This document shows positions 46,148 through 55,170 of a DNA stretch of 64,000 bases, piece by piece. Made by a program: the position numbers and the translations under genes. Numbering within the stretch: position 1 is the first letter of the stretch; each line of letters begins with the position of its first letter. The DNA comes from Candidatus Zixiibacteriota bacterium (GTDB lineage: Bacteria; Zixibacteria; MSB-5A5; DSPP01), in contig JAKEHY010000024.1 of NCBI GenBank assembly GCA_022614805.1, forward strand, positions 1,844 to 65,843, given 5' to 3'. Under the pieces are notes generated by a model, which made no database searches, had not been told where the DNA came from, and worked only from the letters and a program-made list of their open reading frames with translations.

Positions 46148-46816
46148 ATGCCCAGAAAAGCTAAAAAGAAACCGAAAAAAACCGCCCGGAAAAAAATGAC
46201 CCGCGCCAGGAGGCCGAAGAAAGTAAGGGCCAAAGCCAAAAAAACGGTAAAAAGGGCCAAGCGGGTTGTCAAAAGAGTCAAAAAGGCCGCTCCCCGGCGG
46301 ACCCCAGCCCCCAAGCCGATGGCGGTTCCCACCCCTCCGACCGAACCGACTCCGGTTTTGATGGAGGGGATGCGGGCGCCCGATTTCCGGCTGAAGGCCT
46401 ATCCGGACGGGGAGTATGCCCTGTCCGATTTCCGCGGCAAAAAAGTGGTGCTCTATTTTTATCCCAAAGACGACACCCCCGGCTGCACGATGGAGGCCTG
46501 TTCCTTTCGGGATACCAAATCGGAATGGGAAGGAGCCGGCGCAACCGTCCTGGGAGTATCCAACGACGACTGGTCTTCCCACCAGAACTTTGCCCAGAAG
46601 TACAACCTGAACTTCACCCTTCTTTCCGACCCGGACGCCTCTGTTTCCAAAAGCTACGGCGTGTACAAGGAAAAGAATATGTACGGCAAGAAGCTCTGGG
46701 GGATTGAGCGCACCACCTTCATCATCGACCCGGAGGGGAAAATCGCCAAAATCTTCCCCCGGGTGCAGGTGGACGGCCACTCATCCGAGGTTCTGGAAAC
46801 GCTGCGCAGGATATAG
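46148..46816 (+). CDS. bcp: Bcp-type peroxiredoxin with 60-aa lysine/arginine-rich N-terminal extension
   Basis: 222 aa. Residues 1-60 are about 45% K/R (KAKKKPKKTARKK..KVRAKAKKTVKRAKRVVKRVKK). C-terminal AhpC/TSA fold with PGCTMEAC peroxidatic/resolving Cys pair. Confidence 0.85.
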   Translation: MPRKAKKKPKKTARKKMTRARRPKKVRAKAKKTVKRAKRVVKRVKKAAPRRTPAPKPMAVPTPPTEPTPVLMEGMRAPDFRLKAYPDGEYALSDFRGKKVVLYFYPKDDTPGCTMEACSFRDTKSEWEGAGATVLGVSNDDWSSHQNFAQKYNLNFTLLSDPDASVSKSYGVYKEKNMYGKKLWGIERTTFIIDPEGKIAKIFPRVQVDGHSSEVLETLRRI

Positions 46817-46836
46817 TTCACATTACCAACAAAAAA

Positions 46837-46863
46837 GCCCCCGCAGCAAGGGGGCTTTTTTTG
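46837..46863 (+). terminator. rho-independent terminator after bcp
   Basis: GCCCCC-gcagcaa-GGGGGC followed by TTTTTTTG. Confidence 0.75.
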
Positions 46864-46877
46864 TTGGCTTTTTTCTC

Positions 46878-47405
46878 TTACTTTTTCTCCGGCCCGGTAA
46901 AGAAAATTTCCAGTTCAGCCAGCCCGCCGCTGGCTAAGGTGCGAAGTTGAAGGCTCGACATTGAAGCATTCTCTGGATAAACGAGTATTCCAAAATTGGG
47001 GAGTTCTCCTTGTTGCCACGCCCTAACGATGCGGGTGATGCGCACCTGACCAAGTCCGCTCTTCGACCCTATTCGTCCAAAATTGATATGAAGCGGAGAG
47101 GCGGCTGACTCGGAAAGGTTGGACAGCCGAACCCCGTTTGTCCAGGGTACCAGCATAGGCCGTACCAACAGACCAAGAGCTTCGCGGGAGGTATCGGCTT
47201 GAACCTGGAACCGAAGGTAGGCCATATCAATTCTTGCGTCTTGCAGAGCAGCCGGCAGGTCAAATTTGAAGAGCAAACCCGGCCGGTCGGCATCTCCTAC
47301 TTTGTCCACCGAACCGGTGATTGTAGTGCTCACATTAAGGTCGGCTGCCCAAGCATTGGAAATGAGCAGCAACCCAATCAGAATCCCCAGGATTAGCTTT
47401 TTCAT
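46878..47405 (-). CDS. small secreted hypothetical protein
   Basis: Start at MKKLILGILIGLLLISNAWA (ATG 47405, RBS GGAGGAGA). About 175 aa. No motif recognised. Confidence 0.5.
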   Translation of the reverse strand: MKKLILGILIGLLLISNAWAADLNVSTTITGSVDKVGDADRPGLLFKFDLPAALQDARIDMAYLRFQVQADTSREALGLLVRPMLVPWTNGVRLSNLSESAASPLHINFGRIGSKSGLGQVRITRIVRAWQQGELPNFGILVYPENASMSSLQLRTLASGGLAELEIFFTGPEKK

Positions 47406-47416
47406 TTTCTCCTCCC

Positions 47417-50400
47417 TCACTTTAAGAAGAGCATTCGTTTGACTTCCCGAAAGCTGGACGTTTCTAATTTGTAGAAGTAAATCCCGCTTGAAACGGGGCT
47501 GCCCCGGGAATCCGTTCCGTCCCATATGACGGTATGAACGCCAGCTGGCTTCTCGTCATCCACAAGAATTCTGACTTTTTGCCCCAGAATGTTGTAAATC
47601 GCCAGCGTAATTTTTTCGGCTTGGGGCAAAGAGAGGCTGATTGTCGTGGTCGGATTAAACGGATTGGGATAGTTTTGGTTCAGCGAAAAATGGTTAGGCA
47701 GGGCAGGCGGCCCTTCAAATTCATCTCCGACTGCCAGCTTTGCCGGAGGGCTGGCAAGATAGGGAACATATGCAACAGGGCCTGTGAAGCTTGCCGAACC
47801 TCCCCAATAGTTGTTCTTCGCATAAACGGAATCAGTAGTCGTATTGTAATTTCCAACAGAGTATGATTTCCATCCTCGGAGAATGGAGTTATTACCAGGG
47901 TCCGGCGAAGCGCGGCCTAAATCGAGTCTTGGTGCGGCCGTTACCTTTACGAGCGGAATGGTGCTGGAATAACCGGAGTAGGAAACGGTCGAGTTGCGAA
48001 CTATGGCCGAGTCCGCACCCAAAGATAGAACGGCCACGTTGTCGGGCGGGTCCTCCGGCAAGGGACCCGAAGGTGCATATATTTTCAGCCTCGAGTTCAA
48101 TACCTTGAGCCGGGCGTGGGCACTCACAGCCGCCAGATTGAACTGCCCGCTGTCCAGGTTGTTCTCGAAAGTCAAAAATTGGGTGGCCCCACCCACCGTC
48201 CCTTCGGCCTGCAAACCGACATCCGAATTATAGAGGGTTCCGATTATCCTACTGTTGGCAATACGCCCGAATGACCCAATCGTGTAAATGCCGATGGCAT
48301 TGCTTTTGAAGTAGCAGCTCTCGATGACCGCGCTGGCGGGGTCGAAGCAGACCCCCATATTCGTGTTGTTTTGAAAGGTGTCCTGCACGATATACACGTT
48401 GCTGTTTCGGGCTTGGATGCCAAACATAAAGTTCTTCTCGAAGAAACAGCCCCGCACGGTATCGTAGGCCGTGTCTTGAAAATCAATTCCCACGTAGGCG
48501 TTTTTAACCCGGCAGTTGGTGAACTTAGCCGAACCAAAAACTCGAATTCCAAACCAGTCCTGGGTGCCCGGAGTCACTGAAGATGAAGCAAATTTTACAG
48601 GATCAGTCGTAGCACCCTGACCTTCCATAGTGCCGTTGACAATAAACTCGCACTTATTGATATCCGCGCCGGAGTGAAGGGTATCCCTGTTAGCCAGCAA
48701 GATGACCTGAGCCTGTGGTTGCAAAATCTTGAGTTTTTTCCCTGACGGAATAGTCACATCGCCATCGACCGTTATCTTTCCCTGCCATGTTACGTGATTG
48801 ACTGTGCCGTGAATATAGGTAGACGCGGGGACTATTTTGAAAAGTTTCCCCTCGCCCGGATTTAAGCGGGTAGTAAGCGGCGCTCCAGTGCCAACATTAC
48901 CTGTCAGCACGGTATCACCAGAAAAGATATCTATAACGTAGCTATGGCCGGTTTTGTTCAGCCAAGCCGTTACATCCTGCGTCTCGGTGGAAAGCACCCG
49001 CCGGTTAACCAGCATAAAATAATCGGTGTTCACACTGTCCTTGAAAAAACCTGCCTCAACGTAGGGAGTGGAAAACTGTGCACTCTTGAGAGAATCCAAG
49101 TAGCGGATTGCACTGTTTGCAATTTTAGCGGTGTCCCAAGTCAAATCCAAAAGAACCGGGCCGATTTTATCCAAGAGTGAATCAGCGTGTCGCACGGCAT
49201 ACCACTTATAGTTTGGGACAAACCTTGGATTAGTCGGATGAAAGTTCCAGTCAACCAAGCCATGAAGTGCTGGGTAACTGGAGGCCGGGAATGCGCCCGT
49301 AACTTCCCCCATACTATCTGGGGGAATTTCTTTAATCAATCGCACCAGCGGTGACCTGTGGTATACAGTTGTGTAAGTGAAATACCCAATCCCCTTCGCT
49401 CCGTGAGTCAAAGCCAAAAAAACTTGCACATAGATTTCCGGGCGTTGAGGGTCGCGGAATCCTATGGGATTGCCCAGAGTATCAAATTGCCCCACTGCCT
49501 GAATCATGGGATAGAACGGCAAGCTTTGTTGAGCAACCGTTTGACGGGCCTTGATAAGGCTGGGCAAAAAAATAGTATCTATCGCATGCTGAACATTATG
49601 TGTAGCTGAAGATGAAGAATCATAGCCATTAGCAAAAGGATAAACAAAATAATCCAACTGGGGTGCCTGAATCTCGGAAAGATATGAACTCCATATATGA
49701 CTATTGTTGGAGCCAATTTCTGAGGTTGTTTTTCCGCGCGGCCCAATAACCGAAGAAAAACCCTCGAAATATTTTTGGGTGCGAAACATACTCGCCCACA
49801 GTTCGTCAGCGGGATACCATCGCAAAAGCCTTGCCGTGTCAATCGAGTTGTAATACGCCGTAAAGGCATTGCTCACCGCCGTTGGACTTAAACCAAAGAG
49901 CGTTTTCGCGTCGAAATCTCTAAAATCGATTCGGTCCACATAAAGGTCAATGTTTCCCTGCCAAAAAACCTGTAATTGTACAAATCCATAATCGGAAGCT
50001 GAGACGGCTCCCGCAAAGCCGGAAATTTCAACTTCTTGATATTGGTCACGAACCGGAAAGTTGCTTAACCTTAACAAGGTAGTTGCGACTGTTTGCAAAT
50101 CATAGCCAATCCGTATGGACAAGCTGCAAACAGGCGTACTGTCCGGCAAACTGGTATTAGGAACTTTTAAGCGGAATTTTGCATAATAGGTTTTAAACCG
50201 TGGACGCCTTGCACAGCTTTTCACGCAGCCGAAGGGGCCGGCTATCAAATAGCCCGGGGAATGAGAGCCTGCTATTCCAATCCTTGCGTTTTTTTGTTGT
50301 TCATCACCTCCGAGAGCACCTGCATCCTGAATTTCTACGCCTGTTGTCGGAGTAAAGTAGTACCCAACAGCATCAAGTCGAGCCGGGTCATTTTCTTCCG

Positions 50401-50731
50401 CCTCAAAAAACACGCTGTTGCCTATCCGGGTAACTGGCCATCCGTTGACGGTAAGCGACTCGTTGTTGTAGTATTGAAAAGCGGAAGCGAGCGGGCTGGT
50501 AGTACTATTCAGCAAACCGACGATAATGTTCACGCCGGAGCTTTCCATTTGCCCGTAGTACGTCAATGCTTGACTCGCCTTGTCCGTGTTTCTCAAATAT
50601 AAATACGGCTCCAAAAAGGAAATTTTGGGGAATTTCTTGGGCCCTGCGGCATAAAGCCAGGAAGGTAAGCCGAATATAAATATGGTTGCCATCAACAAGC
50701 GTGCGCGAATGCTTATCCGATTCGTTTTCAC
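47417..50731 (-). CDS. large secreted right-handed beta-helix (PbH1) protein with T9SS C-terminal sorting domain
   Basis: 1104 aa. Signal peptide. Beta-helix repeats in the C-terminal third (e.g. NSNVYIVQDTFQNNTNMGVCF). Terminal NYPNPFNPTTTISL..LVDDEKPAGVHTVIWDGTDSRGSPVSSGIYFYKL..KRMLFLK matches the Por/T9SS CTD. Confidence 0.75.
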   Translation of the reverse strand: MKTNRISIRARLLMATIFIFGLPSWLYAAGPKKFPKISFLEPYLYLRNTDKASQALTYYGQMESSGVNIIVGLLNSTTSPLASAFQYYNNESLTVNGWPVTRIGNSVFFEAEENDPARLDAVGYYFTPTTGVEIQDAGALGGDEQQKNARIGIAGSHSPGYLIAGPFGCVKSCARRPRFKTYYAKFRLKVPNTSLPDSTPVCSLSIRIGYDLQTVATTLLRLSNFPVRDQYQEVEISGFAGAVSASDYGFVQLQVFWQGNIDLYVDRIDFRDFDAKTLFGLSPTAVSNAFTAYYNSIDTARLLRWYPADELWASMFRTQKYFEGFSSVIGPRGKTTSEIGSNNSHIWSSYLSEIQAPQLDYFVYPFANGYDSSSSATHNVQHAIDTIFLPSLIKARQTVAQQSLPFYPMIQAVGQFDTLGNPIGFRDPQRPEIYVQVFLALTHGAKGIGYFTYTTVYHRSPLVRLIKEIPPDSMGEVTGAFPASSYPALHGLVDWNFHPTNPRFVPNYKWYAVRHADSLLDKIGPVLLDLTWDTAKIANSAIRYLDSLKSAQFSTPYVEAGFFKDSVNTDYFMLVNRRVLSTETQDVTAWLNKTGHSYVIDIFSGDTVLTGNVGTGAPLTTRLNPGEGKLFKIVPASTYIHGTVNHVTWQGKITVDGDVTIPSGKKLKILQPQAQVILLANRDTLHSGADINKCEFIVNGTMEGQGATTDPVKFASSSVTPGTQDWFGIRVFGSAKFTNCRVKNAYVGIDFQDTAYDTVRGCFFEKNFMFGIQARNSNVYIVQDTFQNNTNMGVCFDPASAVIESCYFKSNAIGIYTIGSFGRIANSRIIGTLYNSDVGLQAEGTVGGATQFLTFENNLDSGQFNLAAVSAHARLKVLNSRLKIYAPSGPLPEDPPDNVAVLSLGADSAIVRNSTVSYSGYSSTIPLVKVTAAPRLDLGRASPDPGNNSILRGWKSYSVGNYNTTTDSVYAKNNYWGGSASFTGPVAYVPYLASPPAKLAVGDEFEGPPALPNHFSLNQNYPNPFNPTTTISLSLPQAEKITLAIYNILGQKVRILVDDEKPAGVHTVIWDGTDSRGSPVSSGIYFYKLETSSFREVKRMLFLK

Positions 50732-50757
50732 TTTACCCTCCGCTGTTTTTAAAAAGG

Positions 50758-52392
50758 TTAGCGAATAATAACCATCTTCTTCACTTGCGCTTCCGTGCCA
50801 ACACTAAGTTTATATAGATAAATTCCCGATGGCACCAATTTGCCATTTCCATCCTTTCCATCCCACACCGCCTTGCGTTCTCCTCCTTTGGCTCTTTCTT
50901 CAACGAGTGTCCTGATTTTCTGACCCAATAAATTGTAGATTTCTAAACGCAAACTTTCCGTTCTTGCCGCTGATTTAAGCTTAAAACCAATTGCAGTGGA
51001 CGAGGAAAAAGGATTGGGACTGTTTTGAAAGAGTTCGAAGGTACGCGGAATTGGAGAGCCGCCTCCGTCTTCAACGCCGGTCTGGACGGCCGTGTTACCG
51101 GCAAACATAAAAACCTCGTGGAAGTTACCCGGTATCCGGTCGGCCAAGAACATAAACTCCTCGGCTCCGTCACCGTTTATGTCTCCTATGAAACCGACGG
51201 CGCTGCCGATGTTTTCTAATGCGTGTGGAGGGAGGTCCTGGTCGGTTATGACTGCATCGGCCACGGTGTCAAAACGCGGCCCCCCCAAATAAAACAGCAC
51301 ACCTCCAAAGCCGAGGGGGGGCGGATAGGTCGTAAAACCATTCATTAAGTCCAGAAAGCCGTCACCATTTACATCGCCAACGTCTATTCCACCTCCCGTT
51401 ATTTGATATCTGGGCTGCCAATTTATACTTGGAGGGCCCGAATATATGTTTGAAGGCCCGCTAACAGCGAGCTCGGGCCAAAAGTCGCCGTTTAAATCGC
51501 CTAAGAATTTTACCGTAATTCCGAAATATATAGAATCGAGACGGGAAGTATTGAGAGTTGGGGGATTTATCACAAAATCTGGAATGGTATCAAGGGTAAA
51601 ATTTGGCCCCCCCAGATATATTTGTACCAAGCCAAATATTGAATCTTGGAATTCAAAAGCCGCCCGCTTGCCAACAAAAATATCAGCATAACCGTCATTA
51701 TTCAAATCGCCAGCGTCCATGCCTGTCAACTCCCTCAGGGCTGAAGGAGAAAGCGGCGGAGTCGATACTTTCCAACTTGGCAGACTGTCAACGCCGCCTG
51801 ATTTTCCGTTGAACAGGTACACGGCATTACCGGAATCTCGGTGGAGATATAACAGCAGGACATCTTTAAAACTATCACCGTTTACGTCCACGTTCGAAAC
51901 AATCTCCGCACGGTCACTACCACTTGGACTTGACGGAATCGGAAAAGGCAATAAGCGATTGGGAATTGTATCAATCCCGGTTGAGGTCCCCCAGTAAACG
52001 GTTACTTGGTTGGGTAAATAGGGGCAGGGGGAGGGCGAAGGTGTAGAAAGAAAATCGGTGTAACCATCTCCATTCAAATCCCCTGCCTGTACAAAACTGG
52101 TGAAATCACCCCCGGGGGTAAGCTCATAAATCGGAATCGTATCTAAAACACTACCTCCTCTGAAAACTTGCTGCTTCCCGCAGAGAGAGGATTGGCTTAC
52201 CAAACGGTATGTATAATCCCCAAAACTATCCCCGTTTATTTTTCCTATGGATTTGAAATCGAAAGCAATAAAGTCGCTGTCCGGCACAAATATGCGCAGG
52301 GGCGAAAAGGGGTTGTTTTGGGCGAAAACGACCCTGGAAAGAAGCAACACCACCCCTGTGGTAAGAAACGACCGGAGTTTCCCGACCTTCAT
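50758..52392 (-). CDS. secreted FG-GAP repeat protein with T9SS C-terminal sorting domain
   Basis: 544 aa. Signal peptide. Repeated GDLNGDGYTDF / GDVNGDGFLD / GDINGDGAEEF integrin-alpha-like FG-GAP motifs. Terminal NSPNPFSSSTAIGF..LVEERAKGGERKAVWDGKDGNGKLVPSGIYLYKL..KKMVIIR T9SS CTD. Confidence 0.75.
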   Translation of the reverse strand: MKVGKLRSFLTTGVVLLLSRVVFAQNNPFSPLRIFVPDSDFIAFDFKSIGKINGDSFGDYTYRLVSQSSLCGKQQVFRGGSVLDTIPIYELTPGGDFTSFVQAGDLNGDGYTDFLSTPSPSPCPYLPNQVTVYWGTSTGIDTIPNRLLPFPIPSSPSGSDRAEIVSNVDVNGDSFKDVLLLYLHRDSGNAVYLFNGKSGGVDSLPSWKVSTPPLSPSALRELTGMDAGDLNNDGYADIFVGKRAAFEFQDSIFGLVQIYLGGPNFTLDTIPDFVINPPTLNTSRLDSIYFGITVKFLGDLNGDFWPELAVSGPSNIYSGPPSINWQPRYQITGGGIDVGDVNGDGFLDLMNGFTTYPPPLGFGGVLFYLGGPRFDTVADAVITDQDLPPHALENIGSAVGFIGDINGDGAEEFMFLADRIPGNFHEVFMFAGNTAVQTGVEDGGGSPIPRTFELFQNSPNPFSSSTAIGFKLKSAARTESLRLEIYNLLGQKIRTLVEERAKGGERKAVWDGKDGNGKLVPSGIYLYKLSVGTEAQVKKMVIIR

Positions 52393-52507
52393 AATTGAAC
52401 CTCTACCGGAAAGATGGGGTGTAAAGAAGGGTTGTCAAGGCGAAATCCTAACCGAAAGCAAAAAAGCCCCATAAAGTTCACAAGGGCTTCGTTCAAAAAG
52501 TCCGACT

Positions 52508-52954
52508 TTACTTCTTCTTCGGTTTTTCGACTAATTCTTCGGCCAGCGAAAGCGCCACGCCGGAAAGCATAACCTCCACCCCCAACTTGGTAAAATCGCC
52601 GGAGATGACTTCCCGGTTGACGTTGGCGTAAAGCGAGCAGGCGGCCACCCGCTCGACGACGAGGCCGGAAAGCCGCCCGCCGGCTTCGCCGACGAAGGTC
52701 ACTTCCCCCAATTCCTCGCTGGTGACGAATCCGGAAACGTGGTGCAGCTGCAGGTGGGCCGTCGGCGTATAGACCACCACCATCGCTCCCTTATCACCTC
52801 CCAGAGTTGTGTCGGGATAAATTTCCAAAGAAAGGGAGCGGCGGGAGGCGGCATCGGCGACTTTTAAATAATACTTGTCGGCCTGCTTTTCCACCTCGGC
52901 CGCTTTCAACACCCGGCCGATTTCGTGGATTTTATCCGCCGAAAAAACCGCCAT
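52508..52954 (-). CDS. hypothetical protein translationally coupled to tatA
   Basis: 148 aa. Its ATG overlaps the tatA stop by 1 nt (TGATG). No motif recognised. Confidence 0.45.
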   Translation of the reverse strand: MAVFSADKIHEIGRVLKAAEVEKQADKYYLKVADAASRRSLSLEIYPDTTLGGDKGAMVVVYTPTAHLQLHHVSGFVTSEELGEVTFVGEAGGRLSGLVVERVAACSLYANVNREVISGDFTKLGVEVMLSGVALSLAEELVEKPKKK

Positions 52955-53145
52955 CAGCCGCCGGGGTTTATTTTTTTGGACTCATCCGGATTCAACGCTT
53001 CCTCCCCTTCCCGCACGGCCCGTTTGAACTCGTGGATGCCGCGTCCCAGCCCGCGCGCCAGCTCCGGAATCTTTTTGGCGCCGAAGAGCAAAAGAAGCAC
53101 CAACAGTATTAGAATTATCTCTTGGGCGCCGAAATTTCCAAACAT
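52954..53145 (-). CDS. tatA: twin-arginine translocase subunit TatA/E
   Basis: 63 aa: MFGNFGAQEIILILLVLLLLFGAKKIPELARGLGRGIHEFKRA (TM helix plus amphipathic helix). Confidence 0.88.
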   Translation of the reverse strand: MFGNFGAQEIILILLVLLLLFGAKKIPELARGLGRGIHEFKRAVREGEEALNPDESKKINPGG

Positions 53146-53203
53146 ACGTCCTCCTTACTGCCTCAGTTCAATAAAAACTATCGAACTCTTTCCGTCAAGC
53201 CGC

Positions 53204-53470
53204 CTACAGGTACCACCAGCGGAAATAGACGAACACCAGCACCACCATTAAAAGCGATACAAAATTCAAGGTTACCAAAAGCCCGATGGTGAAAGTGAAA
53301 GTGTAGAGGTGCAAAGTCGTCGGTTCAAAGCCGATTTCCACCGAGCGGGAAAAAAGGGTTTTGGCGGCCCCGTCCGGCAGAAAGGAGCCGATGATTTCCC
53401 CCAAAAGACCGCCCAAAATCGCCCCCAAAAGCAAAGCCACCGTCAAAAGCCAGGCCTGCGGTTTTCTCAT
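53204..53470 (-). CDS. small membrane protein
   Basis: 88 aa, two hydrophobic segments, aromatic C-terminus. Confidence 0.4.
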   Translation of the reverse strand: MRKPQAWLLTVALLLGAILGGLLGEIIGSFLPDGAAKTLFSRSVEIGFEPTTLHLYTFTFTIGLLVTLNFVSLLMVVLVFVYFRWWYL

Positions 53471-53506
53471 CTGCCTCCCGTCTTGAACTCAATCATTATC
53501 GAAAAT

Positions 53507-54211
53507 TTACGCCACCACAAGCCCGGCAAAGCGGGCCACCATCGAAAAGAAAATACCGGCCCCGTCGGCGCTCCCCAAAATCGCCTCCGCCGCCCGGTCG
53601 GGATGGGGCATCAACCCCATCACGTTGCCGGAGGAGTTGACGATGCCGGCGATGTTGTTCAAAGAGCCGTTCGGGTTGGCGGCTTCGGTGACGTTTCCCT
53701 CCCGGTCGCAATAGCGGAACAGAACCTGCCCGCCCGCTTCGAGCTTTTTGATTTCTTCCGGGGTGTTGTAGTAGCAGCCGTCGCCGTGGGCCGCCAGCAT
53801 TTTCAAAACCTGGTCTTTCCGGTAGGCGTTGGTGAAGGGGGTATCGTTTTTCTCCACGCGGAGATAAACCGGGCGGTGGAGGAAGCGCAAAGACCGGTTG
53901 CGCAAAAGCGCTCCCGGCAAAAGCCCCGCTTCGCACAGAATCTGGAAGCCGTTGCAGATGCCGATAACGAGGCCCCCCCGCATCGCAAAATCCACGACCT
54001 CCCGCATAATCGGGGAAAAGCGGGCGATGGCGCCGGTGCGTAAATAGTCGCCGTGGGCGAACCCGCCGGGGAGGATGATGACATCGCAGTTGTCGAAATG
54101 ATGTTCCTTGTGCCACAAATAGACCGCCGGCTGCCGGACCACATCTTGTACGACGTGGTAGCAGTCGTAGTCGCAGTTGGAGCCGGGAAATGTGACCACG
54201 CCGAACTTCAA
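53507..54211 (-). CDS. purQ: phosphoribosylformylglycinamidine synthase subunit PurQ
   Basis: 234 aa. [32 protein letters not shown] glutaminase triad context. Confidence 0.9.
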   Translation of the reverse strand: MKFGVVTFPGSNCDYDCYHVVQDVVRQPAVYLWHKEHHFDNCDVIILPGGFAHGDYLRTGAIARFSPIMREVVDFAMRGGLVIGICNGFQILCEAGLLPGALLRNRSLRFLHRPVYLRVEKNDTPFTNAYRKDQVLKMLAAHGDGCYYNTPEEIKKLEAGGQVLFRYCDREGNVTEAANPNGSLNNIAGIVNSSGNVMGLMPHPDRAAEAILGSADGAGIFFSMVARFAGLVVA

Positions 54212-54462
54212 TTCTTAACCCCGTCTTCAAGTTCAACCCGGAATTCTTCGATGACCGGGTTGGCCAAGAGCCGGCGGGCCATTTCCCGCAGTTTTTCCTC
54301 CGCTTCCTTTGGATTTTCCGTTTCCAGTTCGAGTTCAAACACCCGTCCGGAGCGGACGGCGCCGACCTCCCTGTACCCCAGGTTCAAAAGCGCTTTTTGG
54401 ATGGTGGCCCCCTCCGGGTCCAAAACCCCCGCTTTCTTTTTGACAAAAACCTTCCCTTTCAC
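54208..54462 (-). CDS. purS: phosphoribosylformylglycinamidine synthase subunit PurS
   Basis: Only the C-terminal about 85 aa of the 146-aa ORF resemble PurS ([29 protein letters not shown]..). Start assigned to GTG 54460-54462. Stop overlaps purQ start. Confidence 0.6.
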   Translation of the reverse strand: MKGKVFVKKKAGVLDPEGATIQKALLNLGYREVGAVRSGRVFELELETENPKEAEEKLREMARRLLANPVIEEFRVELEDGVKN

Positions 54463-54656
54463 ACGCTCATAATAAGAAAACCGCGCCTCTTTGCCAACCC
54501 TAAAAATTTTCCCCAAACGCCAACAATTTTCGACTTCTTCCGTAAGATTAGGTAGTTGACATAAATTGGCCGCCCCGTCCCCACCGGGAGGCCGAATGGC
54601 GGGTAACCCCGAGTATCCGGGTTTTTTGGTGTTTTGAACCTGAAACAAGGGAGGGT

Positions 54657-55097
54657 TTGCGTATGAGTTGGGCGAAAGCCGTTTTGACGACAGTCGGATT
54701 GTTGTTGTTCACCTCCACGGCCCGGGGGGACACCGATACGGTCTTGGTGCGAGATTTCAATTTCTTTCCGGCCTCTTTGACCATCAGGCCCGGCGACAAG
54801 GTGGTGTGGAAATTCATCCAGGCGTGCTGCATTGACCACACCGTCACCCGCACCGCTTCCCCGATGAGCTGGAATTCCGGCTCGCTGGCCGTCGGTGAAA
54901 CGTTTGAGCTGGTGTTCCCAACGGCGGGGACTTTCGCCTATCACTGTATCCCCCATCAGGCGATAGGGATGACCGGTTCCATTACAGTCGAACCGATTCG
55001 GGCTTCCACCCTCGGCTGGCTGGGGCTTTTTTTGCTGGCGGCCTCTTTAACCGCGGCCGGCATCTATGTTTTGGGGTACAAACGCCAGAGCGCCTGA
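54657..55097 (+). CDS. membrane-anchored type-1 copper (cupredoxin/plastocyanin-like) protein
   Basis: Signal peptide. Cupredoxin fold with Cu ligands in HTVT..YHCIPHQAIGM (His, Cys, His, Met). C-terminal hydrophobic anchor LGWLGLFLLAASLTAAGIYVLG. Confidence 0.75.
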   Translation: MRMSWAKAVLTTVGLLLFTSTARGDTDTVLVRDFNFFPASLTIRPGDKVVWKFIQACCIDHTVTRTASPMSWNSGSLAVGETFELVFPTAGTFAYHCIPHQAIGMTGSITVEPIRASTLGWLGLFLLAASLTAAGIYVLGYKRQSA

Positions 55098-55115
55098 TTT
55101 GTTCAAGGCACCAAC

Positions 55116-55146
55116 AAAAAAGCCCCGCCAAAGCGGGGCTTTTTTG
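55116..55146. terminator. bidirectional rho-independent terminator
   Basis: AAAAA-AGCCCCGC-caaa-GCGGGGCT-TTTTTG between convergent cupredoxin and surA-like genes. Confidence 0.75.
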
Positions 55147-55170
55147 TTTTAAAAGGGCAAGTTTTTTAGT

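Noticed and set aside
54463-54656. GC-rich structured leader upstream of purS, considered as a purine or ZTP (pfl) riboswitch.
   Set aside because: I could not find the conserved purine-riboswitch junction sequences (UAUA, UUUCUACC, CCGUAAAU) or a ZTP-like UGGCG...CCGGGCGC core. Only generic GC-rich pairing is present. It would need a covariance-model scan (Rfam RF00167, RF01750) to settle.
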